From assembly GCA_964016885.1 (NCBI GenBank), contig OZ024741.1, positions 38,688,001-38,752,000 on the forward strand: a stretch of DNA of 64,000 bases. Reading direction: 5' to 3'. The position numbers and the translations under genes are program-made. Below are positions 36,801 to 50,256 of the stretch, one piece after another; position 1 is the stretch's first letter, and each line of letters opens with the position of its first letter. The notes under the pieces are model-generated. The model was not told the DNA's origin. It ran no database searches and saw only the letters and a list, made by a program, of their open reading frames with translations. Origin of the DNA: Eledone cirrhosa. Taxonomy: Eukaryota.

Positions 36801-39800
36801 ACTAAGAGTTGGGGTTAGTGGTAATGTTGGGTTTAGTGGTAGGGTTGGGTTTAGTGGTCGGCTAAGGGTTGGGGTTAGTGGTAGGCTTAGGGTTGAGGTT
36901 AGTGGTAGCCTAAGGGTTGGGGTCAGTGGTAGACTAAGGGTTGGAATTAGTGGTAGGCTAAGGGTTGGGGTTAGTAATAGGCTTAGTGTTGGGGTTAGTG
37001 GTAGACAAATAGTTGGGGTTAGTGGTAGGCTTACGTTGGGGTTAGTAGTAGACTAAGAGTTGGGGTTAGTGGTAGGTTTGGGGTTAGTGGTAAAATAAGG
37101 GTTGGGGTTATTGGTAGACTGAGGGTTGAGGTTAGTGGTAGGCTAAGGGTTGGGCTTAGAGGTAGGCTTAGGTTTGAGGTTAGTGGTAAGCTTACGGTTG
37201 AGGTTAGTGGTAGGCTTAGGGTTGGGATTTGTGGTAGACTAAGGTTTGGGGTTAGGGGTAAGCTAAGTGTTGGTGTTAGTGGTAGGCTTAGGATTGGGGT
37301 TAGTGGTAGGTTAATAGTTGGGGTTATTGGTAGACTAAGGGTCGGGGTTAGTGGTAGGCTTAGGGTTGAGGTTAGTGGTAGACTAAGGGTCGGGGTTAGT
37401 GGTAGGCTTAGTGTTGGGGTTAGTGGTAGACGAAGGGTTGGTGTTAGTGATAGACTAAGGGTTTGGGGATAGTTGTAGGCTAAGGGTTGGGGTTTGTGGC
37501 AGGATTATGTTTTGGGTTAGTGGTAGACTAAGGGATGGGGTTAGTGGTAGACTAAGGGTTGGTTTAATGGTAGGCTAAACGTTTGGGTTAGTGGTAGGCT
37601 TAGAGTTGGGCTTAGTGGTAGGATTAGTGTTAGGGTTATTCGTAGGCTAAGGGTTGGTGTCAATGGTAGGCTTAGGGTTGGGCTTAGTGGTAGGCTTAGG
37701 GTTGGGGTTATTTTATGACTAAGGGTTGGGGTTATTGGTAGGCTATTGTTGGGGTTATTGGCAGACTGAGGGTTCTGTTAGTGGTAGACTATGTGTTGGG
37801 GTTAGTGGTAAACTTAGGGTTGGGGTTAGTGGTAGACTAATGGTTGGGGTTAGTGGTAGACTATGGGGTGGGGTCAGTGTTAGGCTAAGGGTTGGGTTTA
37901 GTGGTATGCTAAGGGTTGGGGTTAGTGGTAGGTTTAGGGTTGAGGTCAGTGGTGGACTAAGGGTTGTGGTTAGTGGTAGTCTAAGGGTTGGGGTTAGTGA
38001 TAGCCTAAGGGTTGGGTTTAGTGGTAGCCTAGGGTTGGGGTTAGTGGTAGGCTAAGGGTTAGGGTTAGTGGTAGACTAAGGGTTGGGCTTATTGGTAGAC
38101 TAAGGGTTGGTGTTAGTGGGAGGCTATTGGTTGGCGCTAGTGGTGGGTTAAGGGTTGGAGTTAATGGTAGACTAAGGGTTGGGCTTTGTGGAAGGCTAAG
38201 GGTTGGGGTTAGTGGGAGGCTAAGGGTTGGGGTTAGTGGTAGACTAAGGGTCGAAGTTAGTGGTAGGATTAAGGTTGGGGTTAGTGGTAGATTAAGGGTT
38301 GGGGTTAGTGGTAAGATAAGTTTTGGTGTTAGTGGTAGAGAAAGGGTTTGGGTTAATGGTAGGCTTAGGGTTGGGGTTAGTAGTAGGCTAAAGGTGGGGG
38401 TTAATATTAGGCTAAGGTTTGGTGTTAGTGGTAGGCTTAGAGTTGTGGTTAGTGTTACATTAAGGGTGGTTTAGTAGTAGGCTTAGGGTTGGGGTTTGTG
38501 GTAGGCTTAGGGTTGAGGGTAGTGGTAGGGTTAGGGTTGTGGTTAGAGGTATGCTTAGGGTGGGGGTTAGTGATAGTCTAAGTGTTGGGGTTAGTGGTAG
38601 GCTAAGGGTTGTGGTTAGTGGTAGCCTTAGGGTTGAGATTAGTGGTAGATTAATGGTTGCGGTTAGTGGTAGGGTTAGGGTTGAGGTTAGTGGTAGGCTT
38701 AGGGTTGAGGTTAGAGGTAGGCTTAGGGTGGGGTTAGTAGTAGACTAAGGGTTGGGGTTAGTGGTAGGCTTACGGTTAAGGTTAGTGGTAGGATTAGGGT
38801 TGGGGTTATTGGTAGGCTAAGGGTTGGGCTTAGTCGTAGGCTAAAGGTTGGGGTTAGTGGCAGACTTAGGGTTGGGGTTAGTGGTAGGCTAAGTGTTGGG
38901 CTTAGTGGTAGACTAAGTGTTGGGTTTAGTGGTAGACTAAGGTTTGGTGTTAGTAGTAGACTAAGGGTCGGAGTTAGTGGTAGACTAAGGGTTGTGGTTA
39001 GTGGTAGACTAAGGGTTGAAGTTAGTTGTAGGCTTAGGATTGGGGTTAGTGGTCGGCTAAGGGTTGGGGTTAGTGGTAGATTAAGGGTTGGGTTTAGTGG
39101 TAGGGTTAGGGTTGAGTTTAGTGGTAGGCTTAGGCTTGAGGTTACAGGTAGGCTTAGGGTGGGGTTAGTGGTAGACTAAGGGTTGGAGTTAGTGGTAGGC
39201 TAAGCGTTGGGGTTAGGGATATGCTTAGTGTTGACGTTAGTGGTAGACAAATAGTTGGGGTTAGTGGTAGGCTTATGGTTGGGCTAGTGGTAGACTAAGT
39301 GTTGGGCTTAGAGGTATGCTTAGGGTTGAGGTTAGTGCTAGGCTTACGGTTGAGGTTAGTGGTAGGCTTAGGGTTGGGCTTTGTGGTAGACTATTATTTG
39401 GGGTTAGGGGTAAGCTAAGGTTTGGGGTTAGTGGTAGGCTTAGGGTTGAGGTTAGTGGTAGACCAAGGGTCGGGGTTAGTGGTAGGCTTAGTGTTGGTGT
39501 TAGTGGTAGACTAAGGGTTGGGGATAGTCGTAGGCTAAGGGTTGGGGTTAGTGGCAGGATTAGGTTTGGGGTTAGTGGTAGACTAAGGGTTGTGGTTAGT
39601 GGTAGGCTTAGGGGTGGGGTTAGTGGTAGACAAATAGTTGGGGTTAGTGGTAGGCTTATGGTTGGAGTTATTGGTAGACTGAGGGTTGGGGTTAGTGTTA
39701 GGCTAAGGGTTGGTCTTAGTGGTAGGCTAACAGTTGGTGTTAGTGGTAGGCTTAGGGTTGGGGTTAGGGGTAGACTAAGGTTTGGTGTTAGTGGTAGGCT

Positions 39801-41690
39801 TAGGGTTGGGGTTAGTGGTATGCTAAGGGTTAGGATTAGTGGTATACTAAGGGTTGGGCTTAGAGGTAGGCTTAGGGTCTAGTTTAGTGGTAGGCTTACG
39901 GTTGAGGTTAGTGGTAGGCTTAGGTTTGGGCTTTGTGGTAGACTAAGGATTGGATTAGGAGTAATCTAAGGGTTGGGGTTACTTGTAGGCTTAGGGTTGA
40001 GGTTAATGGTAGACTAAGGGTCGGGTTAGTGGTTGGCTTAGTGTTGGGGTTAGTGGTAGATTAAGGGTTGGTGTTAGTGGTAGACTAAGGGTTGGGGATA
40101 GTGGTCGGCTAAGGGTTGGGGTTAGTGGCAGGATTATTTGGGATTAGTGGTATACTAAGGGATGGGGTTAGTGGTAGAATAAGGGTTTGTGTTAATGGTA
40201 GGCTAAATATTCGGGTTAGTGGTAGGCTTAGGGTTGGGCTTAGTGGTAGACTAAGGGATGGGCTTAGTGGTAGACTTAGGGTAGGGGTTAGTTGTAGGCT
40301 TAGAGTTGAGGTTAGTGGTAGGCTTAGGCTTCATGTTAGTGATAGGCTAAGAGTTGGGCTTTGTGATAGACTAAGTTTTGGGGGTTAGCGGTAAGCTAAG
40401 TCTTGGGGTTAGTGTTAGGCTTAGGGTTGAGGTTAGTGTTAGACTAAGGGTTGGGGTTAGTGGTAGGTTTAGTGTTGGGGATAGTGGTAGGCTAAGGGAT
40501 GGGTTAGTGGTAGGCTAAGGGTTTCGGTTAATGGTAGGCTAAATGTTTGGGTTAGTGGTAGGCTTAGGGTTGGGCTTAGTGGTAGTATGAGGGTTGTGGT
40601 TATTGGTAGGCTAAGGGTTGTGCTTAGTCGTAGGCTAAATATTGGGGTTAGTGGCAGGCTTAGGGTTGGTGTTAGTGGTAGGCTAAATGTTGTGTTTAGT
40701 GGTAGGCTTAGGGTTGGGGTTAATGGTAGGCTTAGGTTTGAGGTTAGTGGTAGAATAAGGGTTGGGCTTAGTGGTAGTCTAAGGGTTGGTGTTAATGGTA
40801 GGCTTAGGGTTGAGGTTAGTGGTAGGCTTAGGGTTGGTGTTAATGGTAGGCTAATGGTTGGGGTTAGTGGTAGGCTTAGGGATGTGGGTAGTGGTAGGCT
40901 TATGGTTGAGGTTAGTAGTAGGATTAGGGTTGGGGTTATTGGTAGGCTAAGATTTGGGCTTCGTCGTAGGCTAAAGGTTGGGGTTAGTGGCAGGCTTAGG
41001 GTTGGGGTTAGTGGTAGGTTAAAGGTTGGGTTTAGTGGTAGGCTTAGTATTGGCTTAGGGTTGAGGTTAGTGGTAGAATAAGGGTTGGAGTTAGTGGTAG
41101 GCTAAGGTTTGGTGTTACTGGTAGGCTTAGGGTTGAGGTTAGTGGTAGACTAAGGGTTGGGTTTAGTGGTAGGCTTAGTATTGGGGTTAGTGGTAGACTA
41201 AAGGTTGGGCTTAGTGGTAGGCTTAGGGTTGGGGTTAGTGTTAGACTAAGGGTTGGTGTTATTGGTTGGCTTATGGTTGGGGTTATTGGTATGCTAATGG
41301 TTGGGTTTAGTGATAGAGTAAGTGTTGTTGTTAGTGGTAGGCTTAGGGTTGGGCTCAGTGGTAGGCTAAGTGTTGGGGTTAGTGGTAGACTAAGGGTTGA
41401 GTCTAGTGGCAGACTAAGGTTTGGTTTTAGTTGTACACTAAGGGTTGGGGTTAGTGGTAGACTAAGGTTTGGGGTTAGTGGTAGGCTAAGGGTTGAGTTT
41501 AGTGGTAGGCTTAGGTTTGGGGTTAGTGGTAGGGTATGGGTTTGGCTTTGTGGTATGTTTAGGGTTCACCTTAGTGAAGGTTAAGGTTCAAACTATGAGA
41601 GGGTTCATGACTAGTATTAAAGATAGGGTGAGAATGGGAGCTATGATTATCGCGAGGATCAGTTTGAGAGTTAGAATTAGGCCTAGTATT
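24830..41690 (+). repeat. Telomere-like G-rich satellite, 24-bp unit GTTAGT-GGTAGR-CTWAGG-GTTGGG (~690 units), fraying to degenerate (GTTAGG)n at both edges
   Basis: Continuous 24-bp periodicity from ~25010 to ~41560. Each hexamer is a variant of GTTAGG. All VSGRLRVG ORFs are translations of the unit. Confidence 0.97.
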
Positions 41691-41696
41691 ATGTAT

Positions 41697-41850
<154 letters not shown>

Positions 41851-42051
41851 GACTATGTGTATGTGAACGTGAGTTTTTATTCAGCTCGATGAACAAAATA
41901 CCTGGAGTAAGTATTATCAACTGAAATCGATACAGGTGTTGCACTAGAACAACCAAAGTTTTGAAGGTGTTGCACCACTACAGCCAACACATTTGCATGA
42001 TTTGTGTGTCAGTATAGATGGAGTTCAATGACCGGAACAGACAAAAGGTTT

Positions 42052-42082
<31 letters not shown>

Positions 42083-42149
42083 AGCCGTGTATAGGCGTGT
42101 CGTTACATGTGAAAAAGAGACAAAGAGACATAGTTAGATATATAAACAG

Positions 42150-44003
42150 ATATCTATCTTTCTTTATTTGCCACAAGGGCGCACAAAAAATGGGACATTA
42201 CAAGACGTGACGGCGGAGGTTTTACATAAAAATCATATAACATTAATAAATAACAATAAACTATATATAAAATAAAATAACAATTGAAACGTTACTGCGG
42301 GGTTCTTTTACACCCCGTAGATAGAACAACTCTCCACACCAGGAGCACGTTTTGTAGGTGTTCCCTCTTCCCTCTATTTGTGTTCTTCAACCTACAGGTT
42401 TATATACAGAGAAGGCCCATTAACTCGGGCCATCTTCGCCACATTCACCCACCTTTCGGCGAATTTACTGGGGTGTAGCACCTCTCTCTCCACTCTCACC
42501 TTCCTTCTGAAGTGGTACTTAAAGAAGGGGATGAGCTGCTGTCCGGAGAGAAAGGTTTTTGTCCTCAGTCCTTTTAACTTCGTCCACCATATTACCTCTT
42601 TCGCCATAGCCACCAGACAGAGGAAAACCGCCTCTCCTTCGTTCTTAAATGAAGGCGACGGAGTGATCCTCACGATGGACTCGGCTGACAACTGAATTTG
42701 TCCGACACCTGACAGTAGCTGTTCGACATAATTCCACAGGTCGTTCACCCCTGGGCACAGAACAATTGCGTGCAGAACGGTTCCGATGCCCTACTCGCAT
42801 CTTGCTCAGGTACTTTTGGCAAGATCTCTGCAAGGGCGTCCGTGTCTGTAAAATTTTTCTCGAACTGGTAGAGCTCCTCGGTAGCCGTGTCAGGCCAGAG
42901 ACCTCTGGAAGTTATCTATAGGCCCTGGACGGAAAGTCCTCCCGAACAGACTGCTCAGTTCGCCCTCCTCGATGCCTAGAGTTTCCCCGAGAACGTCGTC
43001 GCACTTATCCTCCACTATTCCCCTATAGAATGTCGAAGTGGAGTCTCCGCTGATTGCCGTTTCTGCTTGGTAGAGGGCTGTGAGCGCTTGTAGGCACTCG
43101 AGGTGCCAGGCACCCATTTTCGGTCTTCGCTTGACCCAGGACTGCAGCTCTGTTAGTGAGACGAGTTGTGGAAGAGCTTGTCTCACAAACGACAGCCACA
43201 CCGGTTCACTGGTCAGGAATACCTGGAGATGGCGCAGCCTCAGCGCGTGTTTGTGCCACGGCATGCCCATCCCTCCGTTAGAAGGGTGTTGACAGCAGAT
43301 AGATCTCTTCACTAATGGAGCCTGTTTCTTCCAGAGGAACTTGAAGAGTAGGCGTTCCATTTTGGTAAGTTATTCGCGGGGGCAAGGCACCACTGTCAAG
43401 CGGTATTAGATGACGGACGCTATGTAAGTGTTCACCACCTCCGCTCGACCTTTCAAGGAGAGTTTGCACTCAGCCCACTTCTGGGTGAGTGCTAACACCT
43501 TCGCCGTGACCTCGTTCCAGTTCTTGTCCACCAGGAGATCTGAACCAAACCAGACCCCAAGCAATTTCACCGGTCCTTCCGTCCAGCGTCCAACGACACT
43601 GTTGGAAGGCATGGGTTTCCCTCTCCATGTGCCGAGTTGCAAACCAACAGACTTATTTGGGTTTAGTCTTGTTCTTGTCAACGTTTCGTATTCCTGTAAT
43701 AGGTTGCCGATTACCCCGATTTCCGAGGTTTTCGACACCATTGCGGTTATGTCGTCGGCATAGGCCGACGTTGCTTTCCGCAGTCCTGGTTCCGCAGTAA
43801 CGGCTCGAGAGTCAGTACATACAGAATGGAGGAGAGAGGGCATGCCTGACGGATGAAACGCATGATTTGGAATGGCTCTGATAGGTAGCCATTCGCCTTG
43901 ACTGCCGAGCAGATGCTGGTGTGCATTGCAGCGATCCAGCCTCTGAAGATGGGACCGAAACCCGCCGCCTTGAGAACTGCTTCCATGTATTGATGATCGA
44001 CCT
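42150..44003 (-). mobile_element. Tx1-clade LINE copy A: older subfamily, 5'-truncated in RT, decayed
   Basis: ORF pieces with SAYADD, KLSLKGRAEV and RVNGPSLYINL. The 3' end has AATAAA and a degenerate GATA/TATC flank. Confidence 0.9.
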
Positions 44004-44242
44004 TAAAGATGATCGCTTAAAGACGATCCTTAAAGATGATTGATCTTAAAGATGATCGCTTTTAAAGAGCACCGACATGCTCCCGTACTGCTTGGCCCTC
44101 TGGAGGTAAGCAATATCTGGCATTGCCTCTTTTATCTGGCATTGCCTCTACCGTGCCATTGCTTAAAGCCATCGGTTTCTTGGTTTGCGAGCAGATCGTC
44201 CGGAAGAAAATTGTTTTTCTTAAGGTCGCGGCTCCAATTTCC

Positions 44243-44688
44243 GGGGTGATCCTCACGATGGACTCGGTTGACAACTGAATGCGTCCCATACGTGACAGTA
44301 GCTGTTTGACATAATTCCACATGTTGGTCACCTCTGTGCACTGAACAATTGCGTGCAGAACGGTTTCGATGTCCTACTCGCATCTTGGACAGGTCATTTT
44401 GGCAGGATCTCTGCCAGGGCGTCCGAGATTTTGTCTCGAACTGGTAGAGCTCCTCAGTAGCACTACCAGGCCAGAGACCTCTGGAAGTTATCCATAGGCC
44501 CTGGACGGAAAGTCCTCCCGAACAGACTGGTCAGTTCGTCCTGCTCGATGCCTAGAGTGTCCCCGAGAACGTCGTCGCACTTATCCTCCAATAATCCCCT
44601 ATAGAACGTCGAAGTGGAGTCTCCGCTGTTTGCCGTTTCCGCTTGGTAAAGGGCTGTGAGCGCCTGTAGGCTCTCTCTCTCTCTCGAG
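44243..44688 (-). mobile_element. Tx1 copy B: internal 3'-region fragment similar to copy A
   Basis: Parallels ~42660-43100. Its 5' junction abuts (GATA)n. Confidence 0.85.
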
Positions 44689-44707
44689 ATAGATAGATAG
44701 ATAGATG

Positions 44708-44768
<61 letters not shown>
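44687..44768. repeat. (GATA)n microsatellite, ~20 units
   Basis: Direct observation. Forms the junction between copies B and C. Confidence 0.97.
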
Positions 44769-44999
44769 ATTTCTATTTATTTGCCACGAGGGCACAAAAG
44801 AAGGGGACATTTACACAGTGGGGGAGTTTACATAAATCGAGTAAAGAAAAAAGGAATAACAATAATAATATAACAATAAAAAGTCCTCAAAAGGGAGGGG
44901 GCGTGTTGGGGATTGCACATACCCCCGAAAAGTGTGCAACTCTTTTCGCGGGGGAAGCCCAGAGAGGAGGCGCTCCCCCTTTCCTCTTCACTTCTTCAC

Positions 45000-47900
45000 C
45001 TACAGAACAATGTAGAGAGAAGGCCCATTTACACGGGCCATTCTCGCTTCTTTCACCCGCCTTTCATAAAACTGTCTGGGGCCAAGCACTTCTCTCTCCA
45101 TCCTGATCCTTCTTCCGAAGTGGTATCGGAAGAAGTAAACCAGGTGATGGCCGGAGAGAAAGTCACCCGACCTCAGACCTTTCAGGCGCGTCCACCACAC
45201 AACCTCTTTCATCATGGCTATTACGCACAGAAAGACCGCCTCTGCTTCATTTCTGAAGGGAGGAGGCGGCTTGATGTTCACCACAGACTCGGCGGTTAAT
45301 CGAATCGGCGCCACACGCGACAGCAGTCGTTCGACGTAGCCCCACAGATCGGCAACGCCCGGGCAGTGTACCAGTGCATGCGCAACGGTTTCCTCGTCGC
45401 GCACGCATCTGGGACAGATCTTTTTCGCGGGATCCCTGCCCGGGCGCCCGTGTCTGTAGAGCTTTTCTCGAACGGGCAGAGCCCCCCGGTAACACTGCCA
45501 GGCTAGGGACCTCTGGAAGTTGTCCATGGGTCCCGGGCCGAAAGTTCTACCGAACAGGCTGGCCAGTTCGTCCTCCTCCATGCCTAGCGACTCTCCAAGG
45601 GTGTCGTCGCCCCTGCTAGCCACCAACCCTCTATAGAATGTCGAGGTGGATTCTCCACTGACAGTCGGGTCCGCTTGCCAGATAGCCGTGAGCGCCTGGG
45701 CACACTCGGTGTGCCAGTTGCCCAGTTTTCTCGGTCTTTGCTTCACCCAGGATTGCAGTTCGGTGAGCGAGACGAGCTGTGGGAAGGCTCGCCTCACAAA
45801 CGGGGCCCACACCGGCTGACCGTTGAGGAATACCTGTAGATGCCGTAGCCTCAATGCGTGCCTACGCATCAACAGCCACGGCATACCCAGCCCTCCTTTC
45901 GAAGGGTGCTGGCAGCAGATGGATCTCCTCACCATGGGAGGCCGCTTCTTCCAGAGGAACTGGAAGAGCATGCGTTCCATGATGGTGAGCTTTTCCTTAG
46001 GGCAAGGCACGACGGTCAGGCGGTAGTAGATGACGGACGCTATGTAAGCGTTCGTCACCTCCGCCCGACCTTTCAGTGATAGTTTGCACTTGGCCCACTT
46101 CTGGGTCAGCGCAAACACCCTGCTCGTCACCTCGCCCCAATTCTTCTCCACCTGGAGGTCCGGTCCGAACCAGACCCCGAGCAGCTTCACCGGGCCCTCC
46201 GTCCACCGCCCGACGACACCGTCTAACGGCATCGGTTTGCCCCTCCACGTTCCGAGTTGCAAACCGACTGACTTGTCCTGGTTCAGCTTAGCCCCCGTCA
46301 GCCTTTCGTATTCCTCCAGTAGGGTGGCGATCGCCCCGATTTCCGAGGCGTCCGCCACCATTACTGTTACGTCGTCGGCAGAGGCCGAGACCGCTTTGTG
46401 CAATCCCGGTTCCAGGGGTATGCCCCGCAGCAACTCCAACTTCCGCAGCAGTGGCTCGAGAGTCAATACGTACAGAAGGGAGGAGAGGGGGCACCCCTGT
46501 CTGATGGATCGGGTGATTTGAAACGGCTCCGAGAGGTAGCCGTTTACTTTAATCCTAGAGTAGATGATGCCACTGTGCATGGCAGAAATCCAGCCCCTGA
46601 AAACGGGTCCGAAGCCCGCCGCCGCTAGCACCGCATCCAGGTAACCATGGTCGACCCTATCGAACGCCTTAGATTGATCCAAGTTGATCAGGGCCCCACC
46701 AAAGCCGGGTTCGTAGCCAACCCTCTCTATGATGTATCGCATGAGGTGGAGGTTGTCGTGAATGGACCTGGACGGGATAGCGCATGTCTGCGCGTCTCCC
46801 ACCAAACCACCCACCACAAGCGCCAACCTCTTCGCCAACACCTTGGCCAAAATCTGTAACTCTGCATTCAGCAGAGTTATGGGCCTAAAGTTACTTAAGT
46901 CGTCCCCCTTGCTCTCGTCCTTCCTCACTAGCGTGACCACGCCCTTGGTCACAGAACAGGGAATTCTCCCGTTCTGTTGCCAGTTGCAATAGACAGCCTC
47001 GAGGAGTTCGGAGAACAAGACCGGCATAGCTAAATAAAGTTCGTATGGTAGACCATCGAGACCCGGGGATTTGCGTCTGCTGCATTGGCTGAGCGCTTCC
47101 CCGATTTCAGTGGCTGTGATTGGCCTTTCGCAGCACTCCGCTTCGCCGCTCGAAAGACGCGGTAGACCGTCGAGGTATGGACCGAAGTCCACATCCCCGT
47201 CCGGCCCCCCGCCACCTCCGAACAGTCGAGCAAAGTGCCTTTGAAAGGTCTCGCACATTCGCTCAGGTTCAAGGATCACCCGTCCATCCTGGTCTCGCAA
47301 AGACCGAATGGTGGATTTAATCCCACTCTTGGCTTCTGTCACGCGGGCCCAGCTAACAGCTTTGGTCCCCTCGTTTCCTAAAGCACGTATTTTACTTCGG
47401 ACAACGCAGCCTTCGTGCTTCGCGTCAAAGAACTGGCTCAATGCCGTTCTCGTCGCTAACACTCTGGCTACGTCTCCGCTCCTAATCGCCTCTTCTAGTT
47501 TATCTGTTAACTCCCTTTCCTTCCTATTTCTATTCGCCGCTAGTTCCTTACTGTAACCTATCGAACTTACTCTAATCTCTCTCTTTAGAGATACCCACCA
47601 CCTACTGTTGACGATCGCTCCCGTCAACCGGATCTTAACTAAGCTACTAATCCGGTTTCTGTAATCTTTCTTTGTCGGTAAGGACAAGTTCATCTTCCAG
47701 TAACCGGGACCCTGTCTATGCGTTCTATCAAGGTTGACCACGCAGGTCACTAATTTGTGATCTGAATAGCCAACCATGATCAGTTCTGGACAACTAAATA
47801 CGTCCCTATCCTTACTCCTAACCAAAAACCTATCTAGGTACGATCTAGATTGTCCACTGCGGTTTGCCCAGGTCCAGGTTGGCGCAGTTGGACAATCTAG

Positions 47901-48418
47901 TCGAAATCTATCGACCAGGTCGAATCGATCGAGTAACCCCTTGAGGCTGCTACACCCCCCTCTATCGGGACATGCCCCTGCATAGTCCCAACGCGCATCT
48001 AGGATTCCATTCCAGTCCCCCACTAAAAGCAGGGAACGCGACGTTCCTAGAAAAGTCTCCAGACGCTGGAAGAAGTCGGCTCTTTCCGCCCCGAAGGGAG
48101 CATAAAGACCGACCAGTCTGAAAGCCCCGCCTTCACCGCCTCCGACGTCCAGCACCAGTAATCGACCCCCCGGGTCCGAGTGAACAATCTGTACGTCGAG
48201 AGTCAGACGTTTATCCAGCAGTACGGCAACTCCCCCCCCCGCCTCCGGGTTGACAGAGAGATGCGTGCATCTCAAAGTCATCGAAGGCGGGCGCCAGCTG
48301 TCTCACGCTGCTGATCCGACTCTCGCAAACAACCATCACATCTATACTTTGTGACCTGAGGTCACTTAGAAGCTTTGCTTGCTTCCAAGCTGAGCGCGTT
48401 CAAACAGCCAACTCTCAA
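45000..48418 (-). pseudogene. ORF2 (APE-RT-CCHC) of copy C, disrupted
   Basis: GDWN, SDH, KAFDRVDH, QGCPLS, ASADD, CPRC..H..HC. Confidence 0.9.
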
Positions 48419-48423
48419 TTGAT

Positions 48424-50256
48424 CTATTTTGGTGTTGAAAGTGAAGAAAGAAAAGCACTTACCTCTCCGGGTTGCGTAATTTCCATGGCATCAGGTGTGT
48501 TGGGTGGAGGGATGTTTTGTGGTGGTGTGGGGGTACACGTGTGTGGTGGGGTTGGGGTATTTGGAGTTGTGTCAGGGAGAGGGGCGGTTATGGGGAAATC
48601 TTTCAAGAGGACGCGATTCAACGGTTTTAAACAGGGGGGGCTCACGTCCCGTCTAAATTGTTCTTTTAAGGAACGATAAAGGTCCAGAGGGACCTTTATC
48701 ATTTTTAAATGGGTGAAGTTCTCTGTTGAGATAAAGTTTGGCCCTTCGGTCTGCACCATAGGGTTATTGTTTATTAATTTAACCAGTTTTTTGTTTTCTT
48801 TATTTATATATGTGTATTGCAACGTCTTTTTTTGTGATGCTGTCAATGTTTCGGAGAGGGGAGGCGCAGATTTATTTTTGTTTGTTGAGGGTGGGGTGTT
48901 TTTGATTGGAGTTGGTGTTTGTGTGTGGGTTATTTGTGGTGTGCTGGGTGTGTGTTTTCTTTTTTTTCTTTTAACTTGTCTGAAGGCTTCTCCTCCTTCT
49001 TCTTCAGAAGTTGGGGAAACTCTTCAGCGCTAGGTGGGAGGGACGTGTTGTGTGGTTGTTTTTTTTTTTGCGGGAGGGGTAGATTTGTTACTGTTTTTTT
49101 TATTATTTGTTTGGAATGGGTTTTGTGGTGGTGGTGGTAATGTTTGTGTCGTGCTTGTGGTTGGTGATGGTGGTGGTGATGTTTGTGTTGTGGTTGGTGG
49201 TGGTGATTTTTGTGTCGTGCTTGTGTTTGGTGCTGGTGGTGGTGATGTTTGTGTTGTGTTTGTGGTTGGTGGTGTCTGTATTTTGTTTGCTGTGTGTGGT
49301 ATTAGTGTATTTTTGGAGGTGGGTGGTGTTGGTGTACTGTTTGTGGTGGGTGTGGGTAATAGTCCTTTTTGGGGGATACGTTTCGGGCAGTTAGCCTTAA
49401 CGTGTCCCCTTTCCATGCATAAATAGCATGCTGGTCTTCTCCCCTCTACAATTATGTCTATTGGGGTAAGGTCATCCAGCCAGATGCGATCCGGGATTTG
49501 TGCTATTCTTTCGGGCCTCATTTGGACTAGTATGTCGAGGCCCATTCCCAGGAACGCATCTCCAGTTGCCTTCCCCATTGACAGCATTGAGTCTTCGCCC
49601 ATATCAATGAAGCCAGCAATAGCCCACCAGAAGTCCATTGTGGGCAGCATTGTTTTTACTTTTACTCTCTGTGTTCTTCTACCCAAGTAGGAGGGATAGA
49701 AGCTATATGTTGTCGATGAGAGTGGGCTTAGGGAAAGCTTCTCCGCCGTTTCTTTGTCTCGTGTTAGGACCGAAATGCTGCCATAGAGTCGGTCCTTTCG
49801 TATGAAGAGAATATTCTTCATATAGTCTTTTAGGACTAACTCTATTTCCATTTGGCTGGGCTGTGCTGGCTTTCTTGTCTGGTTGAGTATAGTTCTGTAG
49901 AGAACTGTGTTTTCTGCTCTGGCTTTCTTGAATTCAGGGGGGGAGTTAATGGAAAACATTCCGTTCTCCCCCAAAACAATGTGTTTCTTTGCTTCGGCCA
50001 GTTTTTCTCTGGCGGCAGTTAGGTCAATTGGTGTGTATGTAATGGATTGTTTTGTTTTCTGGGCGAAAGTTGCCCTGTCGTTATTTGTATTATTTTCTGT
50101 TTGTTTGTTTTCTGTTTGCTCATTTTCCTTAACATTTGTTTTATCATTTTCTTTGTTTGTTTCAATGTCTAATTTTGTTGTAATTATTTTTTGTTCTTCA
50201 GACTTGGGGGGCGTGGCAGAGCTAATGGCAGACATGTCTGCCGTCTTTTCCGCCAT
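48424..50256 (-). pseudogene. ORF1 of copy C, frameshifted
   Basis: Split into 49030-50283 and 48424-48846, versus the intact ORF1 in copies D and F. Confidence 0.85.

Noticed and set aside
24977-41584. Many long VSGRLRVG-repeat ORFs (up to 444 aa)
   Set aside because: These are translations of a 24-bp satellite whose unit lacks a stop in one frame. Frequent frameshifts argue against coding selection.
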